From contig NZ_KI391954.1 in NCBI RefSeq assembly GCF_000185725.2, forward strand, positions 1,002,185-1,026,184: a stretch of DNA of 24,000 nt, in the 5' to 3' direction. Below, piece by piece: positions 1-7,124 of the stretch (within the stretch, counting starts at the first letter, position 1; the number at the start of each line of letters is the position of its first letter). The position numbers were made by a program, and so were the translations under genes. The DNA comes from Segniliparus rugosus ATCC BAA-974. GTDB lineage: Bacteria; Actinomycetota; Actinomycetes; Mycobacteriales; Mycobacteriaceae. The notes below the pieces were generated by a model. It saw only the letters and a program-made list of their open reading frames with translations. It was not told where the DNA came from and searched no databases.

Positions 1-143
1 TGCGGCTGGGCGACATCCCGCCAGGCAAGAGCCATCTCGCCGAGCTGGCGTACGAGCATGCGTGCGTCGGCGAAGACTTGCAGGCGACGCGCATGGTCTT
101 GAGCGGGCGCGTGGCCGGGGAGCAGAAGGGCGCGGACGGGTGA
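1..143 (+). CDS. 3' end of an unidentified CDS entering from upstream (ends ...RVAGEQKGADG*)
   Basis: The frame is open from the window edge to the TGA at 141-143. Only about 46 aa are visible and I recognise no domain. Confidence 0.3.
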   Translation, partial: RLGDIPPGKSHLAELAYEHACVGEDLQATRMVLSGRVAGEQKGADG

Positions 144-192
144 CTTCGGCCCGGAAACTATCAGGCACAGAACAAAGAGAAGGGGAGAGACG

Positions 193-1227
193 ATGAACAA
201 CGGCGCTGATCCCGGCGGGCGGCCGGGCGTGCTGTCGATCAAAGACCTCGACGCGTTGCGCATAGCGGCGCTGCAATTCCGCGAGGCTGGCGACACGATC
301 ACGGGGCTGCAGGCGAACACCTCGATTTCGGAGTCGGTTTCCGGCGGACTGCCGGGCACCGACACCGAAAAGGGCGTGGCGAATGTCGACGAGACGCTCA
401 AAGGCGCGTTGCAGAACCAAGGGCAGTGGCTCGAGGATCTCTCCGGCAAGCTGCTCGGCGCGCTCGACCAGATCGCCCAAGTCGACCACGACGCTGCGGC
501 GGCCCTGGCCCAAGAAGCGCCCGAGCAGGGCGGAGCCCCCGCCGACGCGGGCGGCGGCGCCTCCGGCGGAGGATCGGGCTCCGACAGAGGCGGCTCAGGG
601 GGCGGCGACTCCGGGGGAGGTTCCTCGGGCGGCGGCGCGCCGAGCGGAGGAGGATCCGCCAGCGGCGGCGCGCCGAGCGGCGATTCCGGCTCGGGCGCGC
701 CGTCTGGCTCGGGCGAGCAAGGCGAGGGGCAGCCCTCGGAAGGCGAGGGGCTGCCCGGAGCCCAGGACGCGGCCCAACCGGTCGAGGATCAGACCGGAGA
801 CGGCGACGGGGACACGATGTCGATCATGGGTCCGGACGGACGCGAGGTGAAGCTGTCGCCGGAGCAGACCAAGAACGCGAAGGCCATCATCGAAGCGGGC
901 AAGCAGCTGGGCGTGAGCGACGGCGATGTCCAGTCCGCGCTGCAGACCGCGTTGCGCGAGAGCGGTTTGCACAATTACGGGAGCACAGAGTACCCGGAGT
1001 CGTTGCAATACGCGGACAAGAAGCCGGACGGATCGCCGTGGCTTTCCAACGACCAGAGCATGATCGGCCTCTTCCCGCACGAGGGCGGAGTCCACGCGGA
1101 CGTGCAGACCATGATGGACCCGTACGCGCAGGCCGCCCAGTTCTTCGAGCAGCACAGTTCCGGGCAGCGCGCCTCGGCTGGCGGGGAAACCGCCGGGGCG
1201 GCCGCAGACCGGGCGCAAATCCTGTGA
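193..1227 (+). CDS. Modular protein: helical N-terminal domain, Gly/Ser-rich linker, C-terminal lytic-transglycosylase-like muralytic domain
   Basis: 344-aa ORF with the RBS AAGGGGAGAG just upstream of the ATG. The C-terminus (ALRESGLHNYGSTEYPESLQY...SMIGLF...MMDPYAQAAQFF) resembles the actinobacterial family with ALQESxLxN...DSxGLFQQR...MDP motifs. No N-terminal hydrophobic signal peptide is present. Confidence 0.8.
   Translation: MNNGADPGGRPGVLSIKDLDALRIAALQFREAGDTITGLQANTSISESVSGGLPGTDTEKGVANVDETLKGALQNQGQWLEDLSGKLLGALDQIAQVDHDAAAALAQEAPEQGGAPADAGGGASGGGSGSDRGGSGGGDSGGGSSGGGAPSGGGSASGGAPSGDSGSGAPSGSGEQGEGQPSEGEGLPGAQDAAQPVEDQTGDGDGDTMSIMGPDGREVKLSPEQTKNAKAIIEAGKQLGVSDGDVQSALQTALRESGLHNYGSTEYPESLQYADKKPDGSPWLSNDQSMIGLFPHEGGVHADVQTMMDPYAQAAQFFEQHSSGQRASAGGETAGAAADRAQIL
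529..813 (+). repeat. Low-complexity Gly/Ser/Ala/Pro-coding tract (GGAPSGG-like units) forming the interdomain linker of the 193..1227 CDS
   Basis: Translation reads GGAPADAGGGASGGGSGSDRGGSGGGDSGGGSSGGGAPSGGGSASGGAPSGDSGSGAPSGSGEQGEGQ... Confidence 0.8.
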
Positions 1228-1246
1228 CGAGAGGAGAAGAGGGAAT

Positions 1247-2233
1247 ATGAGACCGACGAAATCGCAATTCGACCAGATGAGGCCGGCCGTCCTGGAACAG
1301 GCCGTCCAGACGGTCGGAGCGCTCGCGGGCCGTCTCGGCGGCGCGGTGGCGCAGATCGAGGGCGCGCAGCGGACGGTGGACTCGCTGTTGTTGGGGCAGC
1401 TCGGGGACACGACGCGGGAGCTTGTCGTCGCGAAGGCGGCGGACTTGCACCGGGAGCTGGACAATCTGACGAGGATCCAGTCCGGCCTGACGAGCGCCGC
1501 GAGCGAGATGACCGCCGCGACGAACAACGTGCGCTCCACACTGCAATTGGCCGAGGCGTTGGGCTACGGGGTCAACGACGACTGGAGCCTGCGGCCCGAA
1601 CGTCCGACCCGGCTGACCATGCGGGTGGTTTCCGACGCGAAAGAGCTCCAGTCCAGGGTCGTCGACGTGGTGAACGCGTGGGACGCGGCGGACAAGAGCG
1701 CGGCGGACCAGGCGCGCAAAGCCATCGAGGAAGTCGCGGGCGACGAGGACCAGCGGCGAAAAGACGGCCAGCACGAGGGAGACGGCCAGGCCGACGCCGA
1801 CGGGCCGCCGCCCGTCGGCGGGCCGGGCGGTCCGACCGGCTCCACCTTCGACATCGCGAGGGGCTACCTCGGACGCAACGCCTCAGACCTCAAGGGCGCG
1901 GGCATCGGCATGGACCCGGGCATCCCCAGCGACATTTGCTGCGCGAACTTCGTCTCGGCCGTCCTGCGGCAGTCGGGGATGATCGACTGGCACACGAACG
2001 GAGTCGCGGACCTCTCCGCGCGGCTGCAAGCCCAAGGCTGGCAGGTCACCAGCAACCCGCCGCCCGGCGCGGTCGCGATCATCAACGGGAGCCAGCACAC
2101 CGAGCTCGTCGCGAGCAACAACGGCGGCCATATCACTCTGATCGGTTCGAACAACGTCAACGCGGACGGGACGCAGCGGATCAGCTACGGCAACCCTTAC
2201 GGCAACATCGTGTACTTGGTGCCGCCCCGTTAG
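1247..2233 (+). CDS. Modular protein: helical N-terminal domain, acidic/Pro-Gly linker, C-terminal CHAP / NlpC-P60-like peptidoglycan amidase domain
   Basis: 328-aa ORF with the RBS GAGGAGAAGAGGGA upstream, starting 19 nt after the previous stop (operon). The C-terminus carries a Cys motif (SDICCANFVSAVLRQSG) and a His motif (GSQHTELVASNNGG), as in CHAP-type Cys-His hydrolases. No signal peptide. Confidence 0.8.
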   Translation: MRPTKSQFDQMRPAVLEQAVQTVGALAGRLGGAVAQIEGAQRTVDSLLLGQLGDTTRELVVAKAADLHRELDNLTRIQSGLTSAASEMTAATNNVRSTLQLAEALGYGVNDDWSLRPERPTRLTMRVVSDAKELQSRVVDVVNAWDAADKSAADQARKAIEEVAGDEDQRRKDGQHEGDGQADADGPPPVGGPGGPTGSTFDIARGYLGRNASDLKGAGIGMDPGIPSDICCANFVSAVLRQSGMIDWHTNGVADLSARLQAQGWQVTSNPPPGAVAIINGSQHTELVASNNGGHITLIGSNNVNADGTQRISYGNPYGNIVYLVPPR

Positions 2234-2244
2234 CCCCAGGCGGC

Positions 2245-2928
2245 TCAGCGCCCGCCCTTGAGGATTTTCTTGAGCATCGCCTTGCCCTTGCCGTACGGGC
2301 GTTCCACGTGCACGCCGCTGAGCATCGAGACACCGTTGACCACGACTTTGGGGCGACCGGTCTCGCCGGAGCCGCTCGCCTTGTCCTCGAATTCGCCGAG
2401 CACTTCAATGCCCTCGACGCGAAGGTCGAGCTCGTGCGGGACGATGACTTTCGTCCGTCCGAACAACGACCAGACGTTGATCCGCGCGTCGGGGGAGACG
2501 AACGAGGCCTCGCGCAGATCGAGGAAGCCGCCGCCGAAGAAGACGAACACATTGAGCGTCTGCGGCACCACCCAGTGCCCCCGGCGGCGGAACCCGCCGA
2601 ACACGCCGAACAGCGTGACGAGCTTGGGGCCGGATCCGGGGACCACGGCCAGCGGGGCGGCGAGCGCGTGGACGCTCAGGTCGCAGGTCACCGCTTCGAG
2701 CTCGCTGTGCGTTTTCGCGGCGTACACCGCCTTCGTGCGCCGCTCGAACTCGTGGATGTCGATCTGGCCCGCTCCCATGGCCCTGCCGAGCAACTGGGTC
2801 ACTTGCTCACGGTCCATGTCCGAGGCGCGGTAGGCGGTCGGGCCGGAGCGGAACTGGGCGAGCGCTTCGGGAAGCGGCCGGTTCCGCGCGGGGCGCCCGG
2901 ATGGGAGATGGCCGTCGGTCATCATCAC
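2245..2928 (-). CDS. DUF1707 (SHOCT-like) domain protein with LiaF-C-like C-terminal domain
   Basis: The N-terminal motif RASDMDREQVTQLLGRAMGAGQIDIHEFERRTKAVYAAKTHSELEAVTCDL is typical of DUF1707. The beta-rich C-terminus resembles the LiaF C-terminal region. Start is uncertain: GTG at 2928, or ATG at 2925 or 2922. Confidence 0.75.
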   Translation of the reverse strand: MMMTDGHLPSGRPARNRPLPEALAQFRSGPTAYRASDMDREQVTQLLGRAMGAGQIDIHEFERRTKAVYAAKTHSELEAVTCDLSVHALAAPLAVVPGSGPKLVTLFGVFGGFRRRGHWVVPQTLNVFVFFGGGFLDLREASFVSPDARINVWSLFGRTKVIVPHELDLRVEGIEVLGEFEDKASGSGETGRPKVVVNGVSMLSGVHVERPYGKGKAMLKKILKGGR

Positions 2929-3235
2929 AGAATACCGCTGGCCAGCAGGTTCCGCCAGAACCCGGTCAGCTCAGCGTGAAAATATCCGTTCGAGATTTCT
3001 TCCAGCCGCCTCGGGGCAGGTCTTTCGGCGCGATCCCGTCTCTTTCAGCGCTGTCCCGTCGCCGTCGGAGGCGAAAGCCCCGTCGTCTGCGATCAGCCGG
3101 GCGGCCTGCCCGGGTGAATACGGCATGACGTGTCGATGATTTCCGAGGAGCCCTCTGGCTTCAGGTATAGGACGACGCAGCGTCTGACGCTTGTGAGAAC
3201 GCGGACCCGATTCGGCCGCACAGGGCCCCGCCCGG

Positions 3236-4450
3236 CTACACCCTCGTCGGAGTTCCGGCTCTGACCCCGACGAGCGCGCCCACCGCTCTGTCGCGCGCGT
3301 AGGCTCCGACGCCGGGGAAGGCGATCAAGTCGCCCGCGCGCGCGTCCGCCGGGAGCGCGACGACGGCGGTCTCCGCAGGGCAGTGGTGTTCGCTGCGGGG
3401 CCGGGAGAGCAGCCGAGTGGGCACATCGGCGGCGAGCGAGTGCCGGTTGACCAAACGGCACTCGTCCAGATCCGCTCCGGGGCAGGAGCGCGGCAGGGCT
3501 CCTGCGGTCGGCAACGGCCCGTCGACGTGCGCGCACGGCTCGCCGTGCGCGCCGACGCTTTTGGCGATGACCCGGACCAGGCGCACGCCAGCCTGGCCGA
3601 CGACGCCTTGGCCGGGTTCGACGACCAGGCGGGGGAGCGGCCGAGGAACGGCTGCTTCGGCGAGCGCCCTTGCGGTCTCCACCGACACGCCGCCGCCGAG
3701 GTTGATCTGCTCCGCGACGAAGCCGTGCGCCGCGCGCATACGGTCGAGGAACTCGAGCAGGGCGCCCTGCGCTTGGTCGTGCGTGCCCGAGCTGACGTGG
3801 CAGTGCAGCCCGACGACGCGCAGATGCTTCTGGCGCGACGCGCGCAGCCAAGCCTCTTCGGCCAAACCGGACAACGGGAAGCCGAAGGCTTGCTCGAGTT
3901 CGTCGGAGAGGCCGACCCGTAAAAGGATCTGCTGCGGCCGGTCGACGCGCGAGGCCAGCCAGGCGAGCTCGTCGAAGGTGTCGACGCTGATCCGCCCGAC
4001 TCTCGCGGCGAGGGCGGCGGCGAGCTCCTCCCGCGTCTTGACCGCGCCGCCCGCGATGATCCTCGACGCGGGGAACCCGCCTCGAAGAGCGGCTCCGAGC
4101 TCGTCGGGAGAGCCGACGTCGAGCGAGAGCCCCTCGTCGGCGAGCCACCCGGCTATCGCGGGGGTGAGCAAGGCGCGGCCGGAATACGCGATCTCCCCGT
4201 GGGGAAGGGCGGCGCGGTACGCCTTGGCGTGGGCTCGGACCTCGGCCTCGTCGATGACGTCGCACGCGGTGCCGAACTGATCGGCCAGATCGGTCAGGCC
4301 GCAGCCGCCGACGGCAGGTCTGCCGTCTTCGTCGCACCGCAACGTGGCGGGCCACGCCCGATGGTCGAACCGAGGCCGGGCGGCGGCCCGGAGCGAGGGG
4401 CAGAGCTCGAGCAAAGTCACGGGACATTCATACGCCCGAAGGAACCGCAC
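3236..4450 (-). CDS. Diaminopimelate decarboxylase-like (fold-type III PLP, Orn/DAP/Arg decarboxylase family) protein with substituted catalytic motifs
   Basis: Family motifs are recognisable: LHCHVSSG (HxHxGS), NLGGGVS, VEPGQG (EPGR) and GVGAY. The position of the PLP-binding Lys reads YSGRA. GTG start at 4450 is uncertain (alternative GTG at 4420). Confidence 0.7.
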   Translation of the reverse strand: MRFLRAYECPVTLLELCPSLRAAARPRFDHRAWPATLRCDEDGRPAVGGCGLTDLADQFGTACDVIDEAEVRAHAKAYRAALPHGEIAYSGRALLTPAIAGWLADEGLSLDVGSPDELGAALRGGFPASRIIAGGAVKTREELAAALAARVGRISVDTFDELAWLASRVDRPQQILLRVGLSDELEQAFGFPLSGLAEEAWLRASRQKHLRVVGLHCHVSSGTHDQAQGALLEFLDRMRAAHGFVAEQINLGGGVSVETARALAEAAVPRPLPRLVVEPGQGVVGQAGVRLVRVIAKSVGAHGEPCAHVDGPLPTAGALPRSCPGADLDECRLVNRHSLAADVPTRLLSRPRSEHHCPAETAVVALPADARAGDLIAFPGVGAYARDRAVGALVGVRAGTPTRV

Positions 4451-4511
4451 GTGGGCCGTATTGATGGGATTTTGACATCCCTAACGGGATCTTGACGAAG
4501 GCCGTGGAAAA

Positions 4512-4547
4512 GCGAAGGAGCCCTCCCGGCCGGGAGGGCTCCTTCGC
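4512..4547 (-). terminator. Intrinsic terminator downstream of rpsR
   Basis: Perfect 36-nt palindrome GCGAAGGAGCCCTCCCGG/CCGGGAGGGCTCCTTCGC lying 30 nt after the rpsR stop. On the minus strand it is followed by TTTTCC. Confidence 0.8.
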
Positions 4548-4576
4548 TGTGTCCGCCGCGGGGACGCGGCGACGGC

Positions 4577-4828
4577 TCACTTGTTGGTGAAGGGGAGCAG
4601 CGCCATCTCGCGAGCGTTCTTCACGGCGACCGCCACATCGCGCTGCTGGCGCGGGGTCAGGCCGGTCACGCGGCGGGAACGGATCTTGCCGCGCTCGGAG
4701 ATGAACGTGCGCAGGAGGTTCGTGTCCTTGTAGTCCACGTGCTCCACGCCTTGCGCCTTCAACGGGTTCTTCTTCGGCTTCCGGATCTCGGCGACACGGA
4801 GCTTCTTCACAGGAGGCTTGCGGGCCAT
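4577..4828 (-). CDS. rpsR: 30S ribosomal protein S18 (Cys-less form)
   Basis: 83 aa with the S18 core [48 protein letters not shown]. Contains no cysteine. Confidence 0.95.
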   Translation of the reverse strand: MARKPPVKKLRVAEIRKPKKNPLKAQGVEHVDYKDTNLLRTFISERGKIRSRRVTGLTPRQQRDVAVAVKNAREMALLPFTNK

Positions 4829-4880
4829 GCTTTGCTCACTCGTTTCTTTACGTCGTAATGGTCAGTCGGCGGCTAGCTGA

Positions 4881-5186
4881 TTACCAGCTGGACTTGTGGA
4901 CGCCGGGCAGCTCGCCCCGGTGCGCGAGCTCGCGCATCCGGACGCGGGAGAGGCCGAACTTCCGGAGGTACGCGCGCGGGCGGCCGTCAGAGGCGTCGCG
5001 GTTGCGCAGCCGGATGGGGCTCGCGTCGCGGGGGAGCTTGTGCAGCGCGGCCTGAGCCTCCTCGCGGGCCTCGTCGGTGCTCTGCGGGTTGCGGATGATC
5101 TCCTTGAGCTCCGCGCGACGCTCGGCGTAACGCGCGACGATCTCGGCGCGCTTCTCGTTCTTCACAATCTTGGCTCTGCTCGCCAT
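4881..5186 (-). CDS. rpsN: 30S ribosomal protein S14 (long, 101-aa, zinc-independent type)
   Basis: [13 protein letters not shown]...[23 protein letters not shown] is the canonical S14 C-terminus. The 101-aa length and lack of a CxxC motif indicate the zinc-independent type. Confidence 0.95.
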   Translation of the reverse strand: MASRAKIVKNEKRAEIVARYAERRAELKEIIRNPQSTDEAREEAQAALHKLPRDASPIRLRNRDASDGRPRAYLRKFGLSRVRMRELAHRGELPGVHKSSW

Positions 5187-5192
5187 GTGCGA

Positions 5193-5357
5193 TCAGCGCT
5201 CCTCTCGAAACTCGACGTGCTTGCGGGCGACCGGGTCGTACTTCTTGAGCACGATCCGGTCAGGGTCGTTACGCCGGTTCTTCCGGGTGACATAGGTGTA
5301 CCCGGTACCCGCCGTGGACTTCAGCTTGATGATCGGACGGACCTCGTTCTTGGCCAT
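5193..5357 (-). CDS. rpmG: 50S ribosomal protein L33 (Cys-less form)
   Basis: Hand-translated 54-aa ORF, absent from the ORF track because it is too short: [54 protein letters not shown]. It closely resembles M. tuberculosis RpmG1 as I recall it. Confidence 0.9.
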   Translation of the reverse strand: MAKNEVRPIIKLKSTAGTGYTYVTRKNRRNDPDRIVLKKYDPVARKHVEFREER

Positions 5358-5390
5358 GGTGTTGTCTCCCTAATCCTTCGAGTCCGGCGC

Positions 5391-5627
5391 CTAGACCTTC
5401 ACGCCTTTGGCGCGAAGCTCGGCCACCACGGTCTCAATGCCTTTGCGGTCGATGGTCTTGATTCCCTTGGCCGACACGTTGAGGGTGATCGTCCGCCCTT
5501 CGCTGGGCAGGAAGTAACGACGGCGCTGGATGTTGGGGTTCCACCGGCGGTTGGTCCGACGATGGGAGTGCGACACCGCCATGCCGAATCCGGGCTGGCG
5601 GCCAGTGACCTGGCAGTGTGCGGACAT
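5391..5627 (-). CDS. rpmB: 50S ribosomal protein L28
   Basis: [36 protein letters not shown] is the L28 signature. It has one Cys and no CxxC pairs. Confidence 0.95.
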   Translation of the reverse strand: MSAHCQVTGRQPGFGMAVSHSHRRTNRRWNPNIQRRRYFLPSEGRTITLNVSAKGIKTIDRKGIETVVAELRAKGVKV

Positions 5628-5931
5628 GCGTCAGTGCTCCTTCAAAATTAAAGCTCGTGTCGACGGGGCTGATCGCCGTAGCGTATCATTTCGCCTGTTC
5701 AGGACATTCTCAACCCCCGGCTGAGGGCACGTCTCAGCTCGGTTTCGTGAATGTGCTTGCAATACTGTACCCTGTAACGGCAGGTGAGAGCAATTCAGCT
5801 GGTTCCGACACGCTCCCGGACGGGGGCGCGGGGTCGGCGAAGATGCCCATCAACAGCGTGAACGCGCGTTTGACGGCGCGCGACACGAAGCGAAACGACA
5901 CGAGAAAAACCGACGAAGAGGATCCGAAGAG

Positions 5932-6096
5932 ATGGCTGTCCCCAAGCGGCGCAAGTCGCGCTCCAACACCCGTGCCCGCCGCTCGCAGTGGAAGGCCGCC
6001 GCTGTCGACCTGGTGACCGTCCGCGTCGCGGGCCAGGACGTGCGCGTCCCCCGTCGTCTCGTCAAGGCCGTGCACCTGGGCTACGTCGAGGTCTAG
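5932..6096 (+). CDS. rpmF: 50S ribosomal protein L32
   Basis: Hand-translated 54-aa ORF, not in the ORF track: [54 protein letters not shown]. The N-terminus matches the L32 signature MAVPKRRxSRSNTRxRRSQWKA. Confidence 0.9.
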   Translation: MAVPKRRKSRSNTRARRSQWKAAAVDLVTVRVAGQDVRVPRRLVKAVHLGYVEV

Positions 6097-6232
6097 GCCG
6101 TCGGCCTGCCGAGCGCCCGGCCCCGCAAGCGCGGCGCTCCTTACCCCGCTCCGGCTGCGCGCGCCGTCCTCGGCCTTGCGTCCGGATCCGTCTGGATCGG
6201 CAGGGCGGGGTTGGCCGCCTCTTGCGTAGCTT

Positions 6233-6251
6233 CTTAGCTCTGTCTCAGCTC
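6233..6251 (+). promoter_or_regulatory. 8-3-8 direct repeat (CTTAGCTC tgt CTCAGCTC), candidate MprA-type response-regulator box
   Basis: The two 8-mers are 7/8 identical with 11-bp phasing and end 21 nt before the mprA ATG. A related 8-3-8 repeat lies upstream of pepD. Confidence 0.4.
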
Positions 6252-6271
6252 AGATAGGCAAACTATCGATC

Positions 6272-6958
6272 ATGGACATCCTTGTGGTCGACGACGATCG
6301 TGCCGTGCGCGACTCGTTGCGGCGGTCGTTGTCGTTCAACGGTTATTCGGTGCGGACTGCGGAGAACGGGATCGAAGCGCTCTCGCAAATCCTGGAGGAC
6401 CGTCCGGACGCGATGGTGCTCGATGTGATGATGCCTGGTTTGGACGGGCTCGAAGTGTGCCGCAGGTTGCGCGGCTCTGGCGACGATCTGCCCATTCTGG
6501 TGCTCACCGCGAGAGACACCGTTTCCGAGAGGGTCGCGGGCCTCGACGCCGGGGCGGACGATTATTTGCCGAAGCCGTTCGCGCTCGAAGAACTCCTCGC
6601 CCGCGTGCGGGCGTTGCTGCGCCGCCGCACCCCGCAGTTGGAGCCGGGCGTGGAAGCCTTGACCTTCCAAGACCTCAGCCTCGACCCGGCCACGCGCGAT
6701 GTGCGTCGGGGCGAGCGCGAGATCAGTCTGACCCGCACCGAGTTCGCCCTGCTCGAAATGCTCATGGAGAATCCGAGGCGGGTGCTGACCCGGACCCGCT
6801 TGCTGGAGGAGGTCTGGGGGTACGACTTCCCGACCTCGGGCAACGCCCTTGAGGTCTATATCGGCTATCTCCGCAGGAAGACGGAAGCAGAGGGCGAGAA
6901 CAGGCTGATCCACACAGTCCGGGGCGTTGGCTACGTGCTGCGCGAAACCCCCCCATGA
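6272..6958 (+). CDS. mprA: OmpR/PhoB-family response regulator MprA
   Basis: Receiver domain (DDD...MMPGLDG...KPF) plus winged-helix output ([10 protein letters not shown]...VRGVGYVL). Synteny rpmF-mprA-mprB-pepD-moaB2 as in M. tuberculosis Rv0979A-Rv0984. Confidence 0.9.
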   Translation: MDILVVDDDRAVRDSLRRSLSFNGYSVRTAENGIEALSQILEDRPDAMVLDVMMPGLDGLEVCRRLRGSGDDLPILVLTARDTVSERVAGLDAGADDYLPKPFALEELLARVRALLRRRTPQLEPGVEALTFQDLSLDPATRDVRRGEREISLTRTEFALLEMLMENPRRVLTRTRLLEEVWGYDFPTSGNALEVYIGYLRRKTEAEGENRLIHTVRGVGYVLRETPP

Positions 6959-7124
6959 TCAAAACTCACCGCCCAGATCGCGATCTGCCGCGCTGTCGGG
7001 CGCTCATGCGCGGTTCCGCTGGCACTCCGCTCGTCGCGCACCACACGCCCTGCCGCCTTGCATCTCATCGATCTGGATCGGCGGGGGCTGAAGCGGTTGC
7101 GCCTCAACCGAGCGAGATCGCGGA

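Noticed and set aside
2971-3126. 51-codon minus-strand ORF (MPYSPGQAARLIADDGAFASDGDGTALKETGSRRK...) in the 307-bp gap between the DUF1707 gene and the LysA-like gene
   Set aside because: It has no RBS and no recognisable motif, and third-position GC decays in its second half. The evidence is too weak to call a gene.
5720-5740. CTCAGCTC half-site (5733-5740), identical to the mprA-box half-site, forming a small inverted repeat GCTGAG/CTCAGC
   Set aside because: It is a single half-site with no phased second repeat 11 bp away. It is more likely a chance match or a weak hairpin.
5628-5931. Possible Zur box in the rpmB-rpmF divergent spacer
   Set aside because: Only half-site-level similarity to TGAAAATCATTTTCA was found, about 9 of 17 at best, with no convincing palindrome. 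I have not called it as a feature. A PWM scan is needed.
6959-7124. Unusually long 166-bp spacer between mprA and mprB (these genes abut in M. tuberculosis), and an 11-mer TCTGGATCGGC shared with the region upstream of mprA (6191-6201 and 7072-7082)
   Set aside because: An in-frame stop at 7089-7091 confirms that the mprB start is not upstream. A single shared 11-mer is expected by chance many times in 24 kb of biased sequence. No hairpin, ORF or promoter-like element stood out.
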